Origin: Flavobacteriales bacterium
Lineage (GTDB): Bacteria; Bacteroidota; Bacteroidia; Flavobacteriales_D; JAUILH01
Length of the DNA stretch: 64,000 nucleotides
Assembly: GCA_964230215.1 (NCBI GenBank)
Contig: CAXRGQ010000016.1
Span: 291,982-355,981, forward strand
Direction: 5' to 3'
The notes under the pieces are model-generated. The model did not search any database. It had not been told where the DNA came from and saw only the letters and a program-made list of their open reading frames with translations. Positions 49,230 through 58,975 of this stretch are shown here, piece after piece (position 1 is the stretch's first letter; each line of letters opens with the position of its first letter). A program made the translations under genes and the position numbers.

Positions 49230-51662
49230 ATGGTATTAAAGAAATCCAAATTCAAATTTGAGTATAGAATTATCTTATTCATGTTAACAGCATTGTCACT
49301 AATCTGTGTTAGTGGAATATATACCTATAGTAAGATCAGCAAAACGGTTGAAAACATACAGTTGGAAGCTGGTCAGGATCTTAGGTTGGCGTTAGCGGAA
49401 TCAATTCAAAGTGAATCTTTGGAAGCTGAGAGTAATGTCAAATCTTTCAACATATCGGAAGACTCGAGTTTTATACGCAGCTATTATATGAATGTAAAGA
49501 AGGTAGAAGAAAAACTCATTTATTTAGACGAGATTCAAACAAACAGCCCCATATTTTCATTCAATGTAGATAGCTTAAAATCCTTACTAAACCGGAAATT
49601 TGACGTACTTGAACAATTAATGAGTTTGCGAGCGGACTTTCGGAATGAAATATCTATTGACAATATAGCAGACAAAATTGAATTAAAATCACAAGCAGCT
49701 ACGCTAAACAGTGAGGAGAAAGGACTCTTAAAACGAATCTTTAAAAAATCCACAAACAGTAAAACCTCTACCGTTGTTGAGTTTCGTGACGTTAACAGGG
49801 AGCTAGCAAAGATGAAACTACGTGAGGACAGTTTAAGAGAACAGTTAAGAACTAAAGAATTCGAGTTGCTAGTTACGGACATTGAGATTTCTCATACCAT
49901 AAAGAATATGATAGACAAGCTTGAATTATCATCCAAACAACAATTGCAATATCAAGAGGCAGCATTAGAAGAACAGATGATCAGTATTAATAGGCAAATT
50001 GCGATATTCTGTATTGCAATGTGTGTAATGCTGTTGTTCATGTCATACACCATTTACAATTATGTGCGCAAAAACAAGAGCTACCGAAAAGCGTTAAGAC
50101 TTGCAAAAATTCAAGCAGAAGACCTTGCGGTTACTAAGGAACGATTCTTATCTAACATGAGTCATGAGATAAGAACCCCGATGAATGCTATTGCCGGGTT
50201 TACGGATCAAATTGCTCAAGGAAAACTTAATGAAAGTCAACGAGAACATGTTGGAATGATTCAAAAATCAATTGAACACCTACTCTACCTTATTAATGAC
50301 GTTTTAGATATATCAAAGCTAGATGCTGGAAAACTTAAACTAGAGAAAATTGCATTTAACTCGAGAGACACTATAACTGAAGTGGTTTCTTTTGTAAAAC
50401 AGATAGCGAAAGACAAGGACATAGATGTAAGTTTGGACATTGATGATAATGTTGCTCCCATTTTGATTGGGGACCCATACAGATTGCGTCAAATTTTGCT
50501 AAATGTTATGAGTAATTCAGTAAAATTCACTGACAATGGCTCAGTAGAACTCGTTGTGAACAAATGCGTAAAATCCGACCAACATACCATAAGATTTGAA
50601 ATAAAAGATACTGGTATTGGTATGAGTGACCATCAAATAAATAAAGTGTTTGAACAATTTGAACAAGCTGAAGTAAGTACAACTAGAAATTATGGTGGTA
50701 CTGGTCTTGGACTATCAATAACAAACAAACTTGTTGACTTACATGAAGGTAAAATCTTCCTAAAAAGTAAATCTGGTGAGGGAACAACTGTAATTATCGA
50801 GTTACCATATGAAATTGGCAGTCCATCTGATTTAACTGTCGAAAAATCAAATGCTGATAAGCTTATGGTTAAAGATGGCTTGAATATTTTAATTGTAGAT
50901 GACGCAGAGTTTAACAGAAAACTACTCACTACAATATTCGACAAACACCCTGTAAACTATGACACCGCTGATGATGGCATTAAAGCCATTGAAGCCGTAA
51001 AAAAGAAAAAATACGATCTTATACTTATGGATATTCGTATGCCTAAAATGGGCGGTATTGAGGCAACAAAAGCGATAAGAAAACTAGAGCAAAATGATTC
51101 ACAACAGGTGAATATTATTGCGCTGACAGCTGCTGTGATGAGAGAAGACGTTGAATCATATTATTCCGCAGGTATGAATGGTTTCTTGTCCAAACCAATT
51201 ACGGAAGATAAATTAATCAAAGAACTGTCTCATATACTATGTGAATCACCTGAGAGTAATGGAGTAAGAAAAGAAATTGAATCAACTAGCGAAACCGAAC
51301 AAATAGCATCAGCATCTGTAAATTTTGATCAGTTAAAAGATATAAGTAATGGTGACCGGGCATTCTATCTTGACATGCTTGAAACATTTATTTCTGGCAC
51401 CAATGAAGGGATTGAAAACATTGAAAATGCGCTTGAAATTGAAGACTGGAATGCCTTAGCCAACTATGCGCACAAAATTTCATCTCCATGCAAACACATG
51501 GGAGCTGAAGGCATGTATCAAATTCTTAAAAGACTAGAACACAACTGCAGAAACGGTGAAAACCTTAGCAATTGTTATGGATTAGTCAATAAACTAAAAT
51601 CACAATCTGAAGTAGTTCTCGGACTGGTTAAAATTGAAAAAGAAAACACAAACTCGATCTAG
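49230..51662 (+). CDS. hybrid sensor histidine kinase (2 TM with ~220-aa periplasmic coiled-coil region, HisKA, HATPase_c, REC, HPt)
   Basis: H-box FLSNMSHEIRTPMNAI. N/G boxes (LLNVMSNSVKFT, DTGIGM, GGTGLGLSI). REC (ILIVDDAEFNR...LILMDIRMP...SKP). C-terminal HPt (AHKISSPCKHMGA). Confidence 0.9.
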   Translation: MVLKKSKFKFEYRIILFMLTALSLICVSGIYTYSKISKTVENIQLEAGQDLRLALAESIQSESLEAESNVKSFNISEDSSFIRSYYMNVKKVEEKLIYLDEIQTNSPIFSFNVDSLKSLLNRKFDVLEQLMSLRADFRNEISIDNIADKIELKSQAATLNSEEKGLLKRIFKKSTNSKTSTVVEFRDVNRELAKMKLREDSLREQLRTKEFELLVTDIEISHTIKNMIDKLELSSKQQLQYQEAALEEQMISINRQIAIFCIAMCVMLLFMSYTIYNYVRKNKSYRKALRLAKIQAEDLAVTKERFLSNMSHEIRTPMNAIAGFTDQIAQGKLNESQREHVGMIQKSIEHLLYLINDVLDISKLDAGKLKLEKIAFNSRDTITEVVSFVKQIAKDKDIDVSLDIDDNVAPILIGDPYRLRQILLNVMSNSVKFTDNGSVELVVNKCVKSDQHTIRFEIKDTGIGMSDHQINKVFEQFEQAEVSTTRNYGGTGLGLSITNKLVDLHEGKIFLKSKSGEGTTVIIELPYEIGSPSDLTVEKSNADKLMVKDGLNILIVDDAEFNRKLLTTIFDKHPVNYDTADDGIKAIEAVKKKKYDLILMDIRMPKMGGIEATKAIRKLEQNDSQQVNIIALTAAVMREDVESYYSAGMNGFLSKPITEDKLIKELSHILCESPESNGVRKEIESTSETEQIASASVNFDQLKDISNGDRAFYLDMLETFISGTNEGIENIENALEIEDWNALANYAHKISSPCKHMGAEGMYQILKRLEHNCRNGENLSNCYGLVNKLKSQSEVVLGLVKIEKENTNSI

Positions 51663-51697
51663 TCTGAATTCAATTCTTTATTACTACCTTTAATTTG

Positions 51698-53038
51698 ATG
51701 ACGGATAAAGCCTTTACAGTATTTGTTCTTGAAGACAATGAATGGTATAACAAACTACTGGTTCATAATATTCAATTGAACCCAGAGTTAATCGTTAAAA
51801 GTTATACGAATGGAAAAGATTTGATGAACGCCATTCATGAATCTCCTAATTTAGTTACACTAGATTATCGATTACCAGACACTACTGGAGAGAAGCTGTT
51901 AAAAGAAATAAAATCTGCTAATCCCAATATTGAGGTTGTGATAATTTCTGAACAAGAAGACATTGAAACTGCCGTTGAACTATTGCGTCTGGGTGCATAT
52001 GATTATTTCGTTAAATCGGATGATATTAAAGATCGGCTTCACAACACCATAAACCATCTAATTAATAACGATGGTCTAAAAAAAGAAGTTGAAAGCCTTC
52101 GTCGTGAAGTAGCACGGAAATATCAATTCGACAAAAGTATCATAGGCGAAAGTCCTGCTCTTCAAAAAATTGGTAAGTTGCTTGAAAAGGCTGTTAATAC
52201 ATCCATCACTGTCTCACTTACTGGCGAAACAGGGACTGGGAAAGAAGTGATTGCTAAATCCATACATTATAATTCTAACAGAAAAAGTAAACCCTTTGTA
52301 GCCGTTAACATGGCAGCCATACCTGCTGAATTAATAGAAAGCGAATTATTTGGTCATGAAAAAGGTGCATTTACCGGGGCCAATACACGAAGAATCGGCA
52401 AATTTGAAGAAGCCAACGGAGGCACCTTATTCCTGGATGAAATTGGTGAAATGGACATCAACTTTCAAGCAAAACTACTGCGAGCTCTTCAGGAAAAAGA
52501 AATTGTCCGTGTTGGTAGTAATTCACCTGTCAAAATTGATAGTAGAATCATAGTCGCTACAAACCGAGATCTCCAAGAAGAAGTAAAAAATGGAAATTTT
52601 AGAGAGGATCTCTACTACCGTTTAATTGGTTTGCCAATACACCTGCCCCCACTAAGAGAACGCGGGAAGGATGTATTGTTACTTGCTAATTATTTTATCG
52701 ATAATTTCTGCAAGTCGAATAAAATGAGCACAAAAAAGCTTAGCAGTGATGCCAAGAAAAAGCTGTTGAGCTATGATTTTCCTGGTAATATACGTGAGTT
52801 AAAATCAATAATAGAGCTTGCTGTTGTATTAGCAGATAATGATGACATATCAGACACAGACCTTAATCTTAATACATCTAATCCACTCCCCAACCTCATT
52901 AGCAAGAATATGACTCTGAGAGAGTACAGTAGGGAGATTATTGGCATCTATATGGAGCGATTTAACAAGGACACTAAGAAAGTTGCTGATGCGCTTGATA
53001 TCGGTCAAACGACAGTCTATCGCTATTTAAAAGACTAA
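51698..53038 (+). CDS. sigma-54-dependent response regulator (NtrC-family enhancer-binding protein: REC, AAA+, Fis-type HTH)
   Basis: REC (VFVLEDNE...[10 protein letters not shown]). Walker [15 protein letters not shown] loop (EKGAFTGA). [17 protein letters not shown]-terminal [19 protein letters not shown]. Confidence 0.9.
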   Translation: MTDKAFTVFVLEDNEWYNKLLVHNIQLNPELIVKSYTNGKDLMNAIHESPNLVTLDYRLPDTTGEKLLKEIKSANPNIEVVIISEQEDIETAVELLRLGAYDYFVKSDDIKDRLHNTINHLINNDGLKKEVESLRREVARKYQFDKSIIGESPALQKIGKLLEKAVNTSITVSLTGETGTGKEVIAKSIHYNSNRKSKPFVAVNMAAIPAELIESELFGHEKGAFTGANTRRIGKFEEANGGTLFLDEIGEMDINFQAKLLRALQEKEIVRVGSNSPVKIDSRIIVATNRDLQEEVKNGNFREDLYYRLIGLPIHLPPLRERGKDVLLLANYFIDNFCKSNKMSTKKLSSDAKKKLLSYDFPGNIRELKSIIELAVVLADNDDISDTDLNLNTSNPLPNLISKNMTLREYSREIIGIYMERFNKDTKKVADALDIGQTTVYRYLKD

Positions 53039-53062
53039 ACTAAGGTCTTATTTTCCTCTTTA

Positions 53063-53085
53063 GTCATTTTCATTTTGAAAATGAC
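53063..53085. promoter_or_regulatory. palindrome GTCATTTTC-ATTTT-GAAAATGAC (core TTTTCA-TTT-TGAAAA), candidate UAS
   Basis: 9-bp perfect inverted repeat about 95 bp upstream of the -24 GG at 53168. It shares the TTTTCA-N3-TGAAAA core with 48620-48634. A weaker ATTTC-N7-GAAAT lies at 53087-53103. Confidence 0.45.
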
Positions 53086-53166
53086 AATTTCATTCTGGGA
53101 AATCCCGCTCCCAACCCCAAAACACTAAACGTTCATTTTCAGCGACTTAAGGTCGCTTATTTGCCG

Positions 53167-53182
53167 TGGCACATATATCGCA
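53167..53182 (+). promoter_or_regulatory. sigma-54 (-24/-12) promoter TGGCAC-ATATA-TCGCA
   Basis: GG (53168-69) and GC (53180-81) are separated by exactly 10 nt. 33 nt upstream of the ATG at 53215. It lies inside the ORF-track N-terminal extension, which is therefore rejected. Confidence 0.7.
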
Positions 53183-53214
53183 ATTACTATAAGCGAATCA
53201 GTAAACTAAAGAAA

Positions 53215-53643
53215 ATGAAGAATATAAAAATAGTAATTGTTGAAGATGACCTTTATTACAATAAGGCACTCACTAAATATGTACAAACCATTTGTAACGA
53301 GAAAACTTATAGTGGACTCAAGTTTGAAATATGTTCTTATCTGAACGCACATGACTGTATTGAAGCCATGGATGATAGTATGGATATTATGATTCTTGAC
53401 TATTTCCTAGTTAATCATGACGAAGAAGATGTGTTAACTGGTGAAGATGTGCTAAAAGAACTCAAAACATACGCACCTAATTGTAAAGTAATTGTCGTGA
53501 GTGCTCAACAAAGTGCTTCTAAAACTGCACACTTAATGCGCAACGGCATCTATGATTACGTTGATAAAAATGTGAGTTCGAAAAACAGAGTTGGTGCTTT
53601 GCTACAAAAATTATTGCGTACGGAATTTTTACAACCAGCCTAA
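53215..53643 (+). CDS. stand-alone response regulator receiver protein
   Basis: REC signature: IVIVEDD, acceptor IMILDYFL, VIVVSAQ and YVDKN. No output domain. Confidence 0.8.
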   Translation: MKNIKIVIVEDDLYYNKALTKYVQTICNEKTYSGLKFEICSYLNAHDCIEAMDDSMDIMILDYFLVNHDEEDVLTGEDVLKELKTYAPNCKVIVVSAQQSASKTAHLMRNGIYDYVDKNVSSKNRVGALLQKLLRTEFLQPA

Positions 53644-53669
53644 GTATAACTTTTAAAATACCAGATAAA

Positions 53670-54344
53670 ATGAAAACTACACGAATAAAACTATTAATAG
53701 CCGGATTTATAAGTCTGGTGAGTTCTGAAATTTTTGCACAAAGCTCAGGATTTCATTACGGTGGACGTTTTGCCCTTGGTGAGAGTAAGCTAATAATGGA
53801 TGGCGCCACTGGAGAAGAAAGCAAGCTCCTGATTAGTGGGGGTATTGCTACTAACTACCAATTCAACCGCATAGTGGGTATAAAAGCTGACTTTTTATTG
53901 ACTGGCAAGGGAGGTAAATACAGCGGTACCACTTACGAATCAGGTCCACTAGGAGAAACAGCTTATCACTATCAGGATAATTACAAACTCTTATATGGTG
54001 AGCTTCCAATTATGGGTAAACTAGCTCTACCACTAGGTGAGAACTTACAAGTAGAAGCTTTCGCCGGACCAAGCATCAACTTTAATTTAATTGGCTTACA
54101 AGATCGTGTGTATGATAATAGAAATTATCATGAGGACAATGGCTACTATGATGCTAGGATGCAGAACCTTGAGACTGTTCATTACGGAATGGTGTATGGT
54201 GCAGGAATAGACGTACTAAACGAAGGCGGCAGAACTCTATTTCTAGATTTTAGATTGAGTAGATCCATGGGGACCATTGGTACAATTAACGGATATGAAA
54301 CCTCAAGTAACTACTTTATGGTCGGTGCCGGCTATATGTTTTAA
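53670..54344 (+). CDS. outer-membrane beta-barrel protein (small porin-family/OMP_b-brl-like)
   Basis: Signal peptide (LLIAGFISLVSSEIFAQ), alternating amphipathic beta-strands, C-terminal VGAGYMF. Confidence 0.65.
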   Translation: MKTTRIKLLIAGFISLVSSEIFAQSSGFHYGGRFALGESKLIMDGATGEESKLLISGGIATNYQFNRIVGIKADFLLTGKGGKYSGTTYESGPLGETAYHYQDNYKLLYGELPIMGKLALPLGENLQVEAFAGPSINFNLIGLQDRVYDNRNYHEDNGYYDARMQNLETVHYGMVYGAGIDVLNEGGRTLFLDFRLSRSMGTIGTINGYETSSNYFMVGAGYMF

Positions 54345-54375
54345 TCCTAATTACTAACTAATTAAACATAATATT

Positions 54376-54891
54376 ATGAAACGAATTACAAGTATATTAT
54401 TCGCCCTATTTATAAGTATAACTGGGCACACACAAGATGGTTTAGCCATTGAAGGTCAATCTTACAAAACAGCTATAGGACTGAGAGCGGGAGGAACCTC
54501 CGGACTTACTGTAAAACACTTTGTTGGCAATAGAGCCGCAATTGAGGGTATTGTAGGTGTCTGGAATAGAGGATTGAGCGCAACAGTACTATACGAACGT
54601 CACATAAATGCCTTTGATGTTTCAGGACTTAACTGGTACTACGGTGGAGGTGGACACATTGCCTTTAGAACAGGTCACTATGTAGGACTTTATCATGAAA
54701 ATCATCCGCATTACTACCGCTATAATGAAAGCATGACCCTAGGTGTTGATGGTGTTATAGGGCTTGAATACAAGGTAAGAAACGCACCGTTTGCATTCAG
54801 TCTTGACTTTAAACCATTTATAGAAGTAAACTCAGAATATGGAGCATGGACAGGTTTAGATCCTGGTTTGGGTATAAAAGTAACCCTATAG
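54376..54891 (+). CDS. small outer-membrane beta-barrel-like protein
   Basis: Signal peptide (ILFALFISITGHTQ) and a G/aromatic-rich strand pattern (GLRAGGTSGLTVKHF, WYYGGGGHIAF, GVDGVIGLEYK). Terminator follows. Confidence 0.5.
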   Translation: MKRITSILFALFISITGHTQDGLAIEGQSYKTAIGLRAGGTSGLTVKHFVGNRAAIEGIVGVWNRGLSATVLYERHINAFDVSGLNWYYGGGGHIAFRTGHYVGLYHENHPHYYRYNESMTLGVDGVIGLEYKVRNAPFAFSLDFKPFIEVNSEYGAWTGLDPGLGIKVTL

Positions 54892-54914
54892 ATTCCATGT
54901 AGTTTGTTTGTTGG

Positions 54915-54945
54915 ATCCCCAGATTTATGCTGGGGATTTTTTCTT
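54915..54945 (+). terminator. rho-independent terminator
   Basis: ATCCCCAG-ATTTATG-CTGGGGAT followed by TTTTTTCTT. Confidence 0.75.
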
Positions 54946-55015
54946 CGTAACATACTGAATGCCTAAAATCAATACTGGAAAGTAACCTTTACATTGTATC
55001 TCAGTACAAGCTTAA

Positions 55016-55969
55016 ATGCAATCAGTCTGGATTACTCGCATACTATTACTCTTGATATTTCAAGTTCAGCCGCTTATTTCTTATTGTCAGTTAAATGAAG
55101 TAAAGAATTTTGGCAAGAATCCGGGAAACCTAAAGATGTACATGCATATGCCTAAAATTTTCATCGATTCTACTGCATTACCGCTTGTAGTTGCCTTACA
55201 TGGATGTTATCAAGATGCCAGTGAAATTGCCAATGAGAGTGGATGGAATTCGCTTGCCGATAAATACGGTTTTGTGGTTATTTATCCTGAACAAAAAAGA
55301 GTGAATAATGGGTACAAATGCTTTAACTGGTTTAGATCAGCCGACAATAAGAGAGATAAAGGTGAATCCGCCTCAATAAAGGAAATGATTGATTATACTA
55401 TAAATGGTTCTCTTATAGATACTAGTAGAATTTACATTTATGGATTGTCTGCAGGAGCAGTTATGACGGTTCAAATGTTGGGTAACTATCCCGAATTGTT
55501 TAATGCTGGTGTAACCCTTGCTGGTGCACCCTATAATAGTGCAAATAACTCAATGGAAGCCATGAAAGCCATGATTAATGGAATTGATAAAGACTCGACT
55601 GAGTTAACAGCAGGAATGAACGCCGAAAAATATCCTAAACTTATCATTGGTCATGGTACGGCAGATAATGTGGTAGAGTATGACAATTCATTAGTTTTAC
55701 TTGCTCAATGGTGTGCGCTACACAAGATTAAATCATCCCCAAAAACGGAAGAATGTAACTTTATGATGAATGAAAATGTATGTAGATTTGCATACGGAAA
55801 TCAGGATGTTATCTTTTATAGATATTTAAATATTGGACATGTATTACCTGTGGATCCCGGTGAAGGCGAATTTAATGGAGGACATATTGGTCGGTTTGCG
55901 AAAGATTTTGATTTTTTCTCGACTTACTACATAGCCAAAGATTTACAACTAATCCCAGATTCAGAATGA
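55016..55969 (+). CDS. secreted PHB-depolymerase-family esterase (alpha/beta hydrolase, LpqC-like)
   Basis: Signal peptide. LVVALHGCYQDA...GWNSLADKYGFVVIYPEQ...CFNWF. Nucleophile elbow GLSAGA. Confidence 0.75.
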   Translation: MQSVWITRILLLLIFQVQPLISYCQLNEVKNFGKNPGNLKMYMHMPKIFIDSTALPLVVALHGCYQDASEIANESGWNSLADKYGFVVIYPEQKRVNNGYKCFNWFRSADNKRDKGESASIKEMIDYTINGSLIDTSRIYIYGLSAGAVMTVQMLGNYPELFNAGVTLAGAPYNSANNSMEAMKAMINGIDKDSTELTAGMNAEKYPKLIIGHGTADNVVEYDNSLVLLAQWCALHKIKSSPKTEECNFMMNENVCRFAYGNQDVIFYRYLNIGHVLPVDPGEGEFNGGHIGRFAKDFDFFSTYYIAKDLQLIPDSE

Positions 55970-56625
55970 GACGACTTTATATACTAGTCATATTAGGTTT
56001 TATTAGCAATAATATTGCAGCACAAGACAGCCACTTAGGTGCATGGTACATTTACTTTGGCGATATTAAAGTCAAAGAGAAATTTCATATTCATTATGAG
56101 GCACAATACCGGAATTATGATATGATGGGTGATTTAGAACAGTTATTATTGCGCACTGGGATTGGCTATGATATTAACAATCATCATCAAGTACTTCTTG
56201 GCTATGGCAATATAACTGCGGAAAACTACACAGGGTACTTTGATGAAAAAACACGGACTAATGAAAATAGGATTTTCCAACAATACATAGGCAAACATAA
56301 CCATGGCAGATTTTCATTTCTTCATAGAGTAAGGTTTGAACAGCGGTTTTTTAAGAATGATTTCTTAACCCGTTTTAGGTATTTTATTGCACCAAAAATT
56401 GCTCTAAATAACAAAGCTTTTGACGATAACACTGTATACTTGAGTCTCTACAATGAAATATTCATTGGAGGGCGTGAAGATTATCAATTCAATATAAACC
56501 GTGTTTACGGAGGAGTTGGATACAAACTCAATTCAAAGCTTAAATTTGAAATTGGATATATGAATCAAATGTTTAAATTGTTTAATAGAGATCAGTTAAA
56601 TTTTATTTGTGCACTAAACTTATAG
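55966..56625 (+). CDS. DUF2490 domain-containing (outer-membrane-like) protein
   Basis: Signal peptide. GAWYIYFGDIKVKEKFHIHYEAQYRNYD and the repeated R.R(Y/F) pattern are typical of DUF2490. 4-nt overlap (ATGA) with the esterase gene. Confidence 0.65.
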   Translation: MRRLYILVILGFISNNIAAQDSHLGAWYIYFGDIKVKEKFHIHYEAQYRNYDMMGDLEQLLLRTGIGYDINNHHQVLLGYGNITAENYTGYFDEKTRTNENRIFQQYIGKHNHGRFSFLHRVRFEQRFFKNDFLTRFRYFIAPKIALNNKAFDDNTVYLSLYNEIFIGGREDYQFNINRVYGGVGYKLNSKLKFEIGYMNQMFKLFNRDQLNFICALNL

Positions 56626-56628
56626 AAA

Positions 56629-57165
56629 ATGACACGCATATTTTTATTAATTGCCTTATCATCTATGCTTTTACAATCTTGCAGAAAAGCAGATAGATTG
56701 ACCCAATTTAATGTACAATACACAAGTACAGCTACAATATCGAGCTCTGCCACAGTGAGCGTGCCTTTTGTAGTTATTACACCGGATGTTGAAACGAATT
56801 CGGAAGCAACTTTTGCGGTGAACGACACGAGAAAAGACAAGATTCAAGAAATACAATTGACTTCATTAAACATACAAATTACAAACCCTCAATCACAAGA
56901 CTTCAATTTTCTTAAAGAAGTGGAAATATTTATTAATGCAGATGGGCTAAGTGAGATTTTATTGGCTAGCAAGTATAATCTTCAAAACACCAATACACAG
57001 TATTTAGAACTTGACGTAAGTGAAAACGACTTTCAAGAGTACATCAAAAAGGAAGAGTTTACTCTGCGCGTGAGAACTGTAACAGATGAGGCATTGCTAA
57101 ATGATGTTGACATTGAAATAAACAGCGATTTCTGGGTGAACGCCAAGCTAATTGGCAAAGCCTAA
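56629..57165 (+). CDS. hypothetical lipoprotein
   Basis: Lipobox MLLQSC. Starts 3 nt after the upstream gene. No recognisable domain. Confidence 0.5.
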   Translation: MTRIFLLIALSSMLLQSCRKADRLTQFNVQYTSTATISSSATVSVPFVVITPDVETNSEATFAVNDTRKDKIQEIQLTSLNIQITNPQSQDFNFLKEVEIFINADGLSEILLASKYNLQNTNTQYLELDVSENDFQEYIKKEEFTLRVRTVTDEALLNDVDIEINSDFWVNAKLIGKA

Positions 57166-57578
57166 TGTGGTAATTTCGCTCTCAATAGACCGTATAAAAA
57201 CGTACCGATCAACGCCCCCGCAATTACAATTAAAATACTCCACACACCTGTTCCCACTAAAACAAACATAGGTCCAGGACACGCACCACTTAGCGCCCAG
57301 CCCAACCCGAATATAGTTCCTCCAAGGATATACCTCCAATAGGATTTATGCTTTGGTGTAAAGGTGATTTCTACGCCATCTACATCTTTCATTTTGTATC
57401 GTTTGATAAGCTGAACCGCCACAAGTCCAAGAGCTACAGCTGTTCCTATAATACCGTACATATGAAACGACTCAAATCTGAACATTTCAAAAATTCGGTA
57501 CCATGAAACCGCCTGTGATTTGAACATAATTATGCCAAATAACAAACCAACACTAAATAATCTAATTCCTTTCATCAC
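57162..57578 (-). CDS. YeeE/YedE-family sulfur-compound transporter, second half (DUF6691-like)
   Basis: 4 TM with the conserved LSGACPGP motif. Immediately follows the first half-gene. Confidence 0.75.
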   Translation of the reverse strand: MMKGIRLFSVGLLFGIIMFKSQAVSWYRIFEMFRFESFHMYGIIGTAVALGLVAVQLIKRYKMKDVDGVEITFTPKHKSYWRYILGGTIFGLGWALSGACPGPMFVLVGTGVWSILIVIAGALIGTFLYGLLRAKLPH

Positions 57579-58133
57579 TTAAAATATTATTGGCAATAGC
57601 ACATGCGTCATGAATAATCCTCCTATAAAGAAACCAATCACAGCAATAAGCGATGGTAACTGTAAATCACTTAATCCACTGATGGCATGACCACTTGTAC
57701 ATCCACCTGCATACCGCGATCCAAAACCAACCAAAACACCCGCCAATAACAGTATCCCGACAACAGATATATCCATGTTCTCAAAACTGTACAATTCGGA
57801 TGGAACATACGCATCCCCGGCATTGTTGAAGCCCATTTCCTTAAGTGCCACAACAGTGTCAGGGTTTAAATCTATTTTGCTTGATGTGCTCAGGAATTCG
57901 CTTGCTACAAATCCTCCCACAATCGCTCCTGCCACTACAATTAGATTCCATCTTTGAGATTTCCAATCGAACTTAAAGAAGTCAGCAAATTTACCTGCGC
58001 CTCCAATGGTGCATAAGGTTCTGAGATTGGCCGACATTCCAAAATTCTTACCCAGTCCTAATAATAAGAACATCACCAATGCAATCAAGGGACCAGAAAC
58101 GTACCATGGCCATGGTTCTAAAATAAATTCCAT
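57579..58133 (-). CDS. YeeE/YedE-family thiosulfate/sulfur transporter, first half
   Basis: Multi-TM with the conserved YAGGCTSGHAISG motif. Confidence 0.8.
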   Translation of the reverse strand: MEFILEPWPWYVSGPLIALVMFLLLGLGKNFGMSANLRTLCTIGGAGKFADFFKFDWKSQRWNLIVVAGAIVGGFVASEFLSTSSKIDLNPDTVVALKEMGFNNAGDAYVPSELYSFENMDISVVGILLLAGVLVGFGSRYAGGCTSGHAISGLSDLQLPSLIAVIGFFIGGLFMTHVLLPIIF

Positions 58134-58138
58134 ATCGA

Positions 58139-58969
58139 TTAATAAATAAGAATTGGGGCAGCTATATGGTTGAGGATGTTTGCCTCTAATTGCCCATTTA
58201 ACATTGAGTATTCCTTGTTTTTCGCGTGCTGCTTAAATGCACTAATGCACGGATTATGTTTGCTAATTAGAAACTGAACACCATCAAATGCTGTTTCTGC
58301 CTCCGCCACAACAAACTCCACATTCTTTGCCTCCAGGTTATTCTTGCTCACATAAGACGTCATTTCTCTGATAATGTCTTCCTCGCTAGCATTACTTTTA
58401 TCGGTATTAATCCGAGCAAGTAATAAATCTAAATCAAAAGCACTTATTAAGGATTTTATTACATCCAAGTCCTCCGTTATGGCGCGTTTAAACTCCCCTA
58501 CAATCATTATTTTATCCATCACCATCTTGGATCTATCACATTTCAATGATAGTAATGGCTTACCACTTGTCTCCATTAATTCATGGACAAAACTATGTGT
58601 AAATACGTCTTCGAAAACAGTTGTTTCATGTGCTCCTGAGACTATTAAATCAACATCTTTCTCTGAGGCAAAACTGCGAATAATACGGTGAGGATTACCG
58701 ACTAAAGACTGAACCTCAACATTATTCATATTGATATACGCATTCTTTATTGAGGCCTGATTCTCATTCGCTTTATTATGATAGGCAGATAGATCAAATT
58801 CGGTACAAAAATCCAATACTTGACCATTCTCTTTTAGCGGAATTTCTCCGGGTACAGAAACTACATTCAGGGCAAGGAGATTACCTCCCAGTCCCGAATG
58901 TAACTTACTTGCAAAGCTATTAACATGAGCGTCAATCTCCCCCATTTTATGTAAGGCAAGAATATTCAT
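58139..58969 (-). CDS. tandem universal stress protein (UspA-family)
   Basis: 276 aa with two Usp-like halves (..DLIVSGAHETT..PLLSLK ; ..PCISAF...IAAPILIY). Moderate motif match only. Confidence 0.5.
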   Translation of the reverse strand: MNILALHKMGEIDAHVNSFASKLHSGLGGNLLALNVVSVPGEIPLKENGQVLDFCTEFDLSAYHNKANENQASIKNAYINMNNVEVQSLVGNPHRIIRSFASEKDVDLIVSGAHETTVFEDVFTHSFVHELMETSGKPLLSLKCDRSKMVMDKIMIVGEFKRAITEDLDVIKSLISAFDLDLLLARINTDKSNASEEDIIREMTSYVSKNNLEAKNVEFVVAEAETAFDGVQFLISKHNPCISAFKQHAKNKEYSMLNGQLEANILNHIAAPILIY

Positions 58970-58975
58970 AGAGAA

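Noticed and set aside
53141-53157. Hairpin AGCGAC-TTAAG-GTCGCT, 10 nt upstream of the second sigma-54 promoter, considered as the terminator of the EBP gene.
   Set aside because: The stem is only 6 bp and is followed by TATTTG rather than a U-tract. It could equally be a protein-binding or bending site, so its role is left unassigned.
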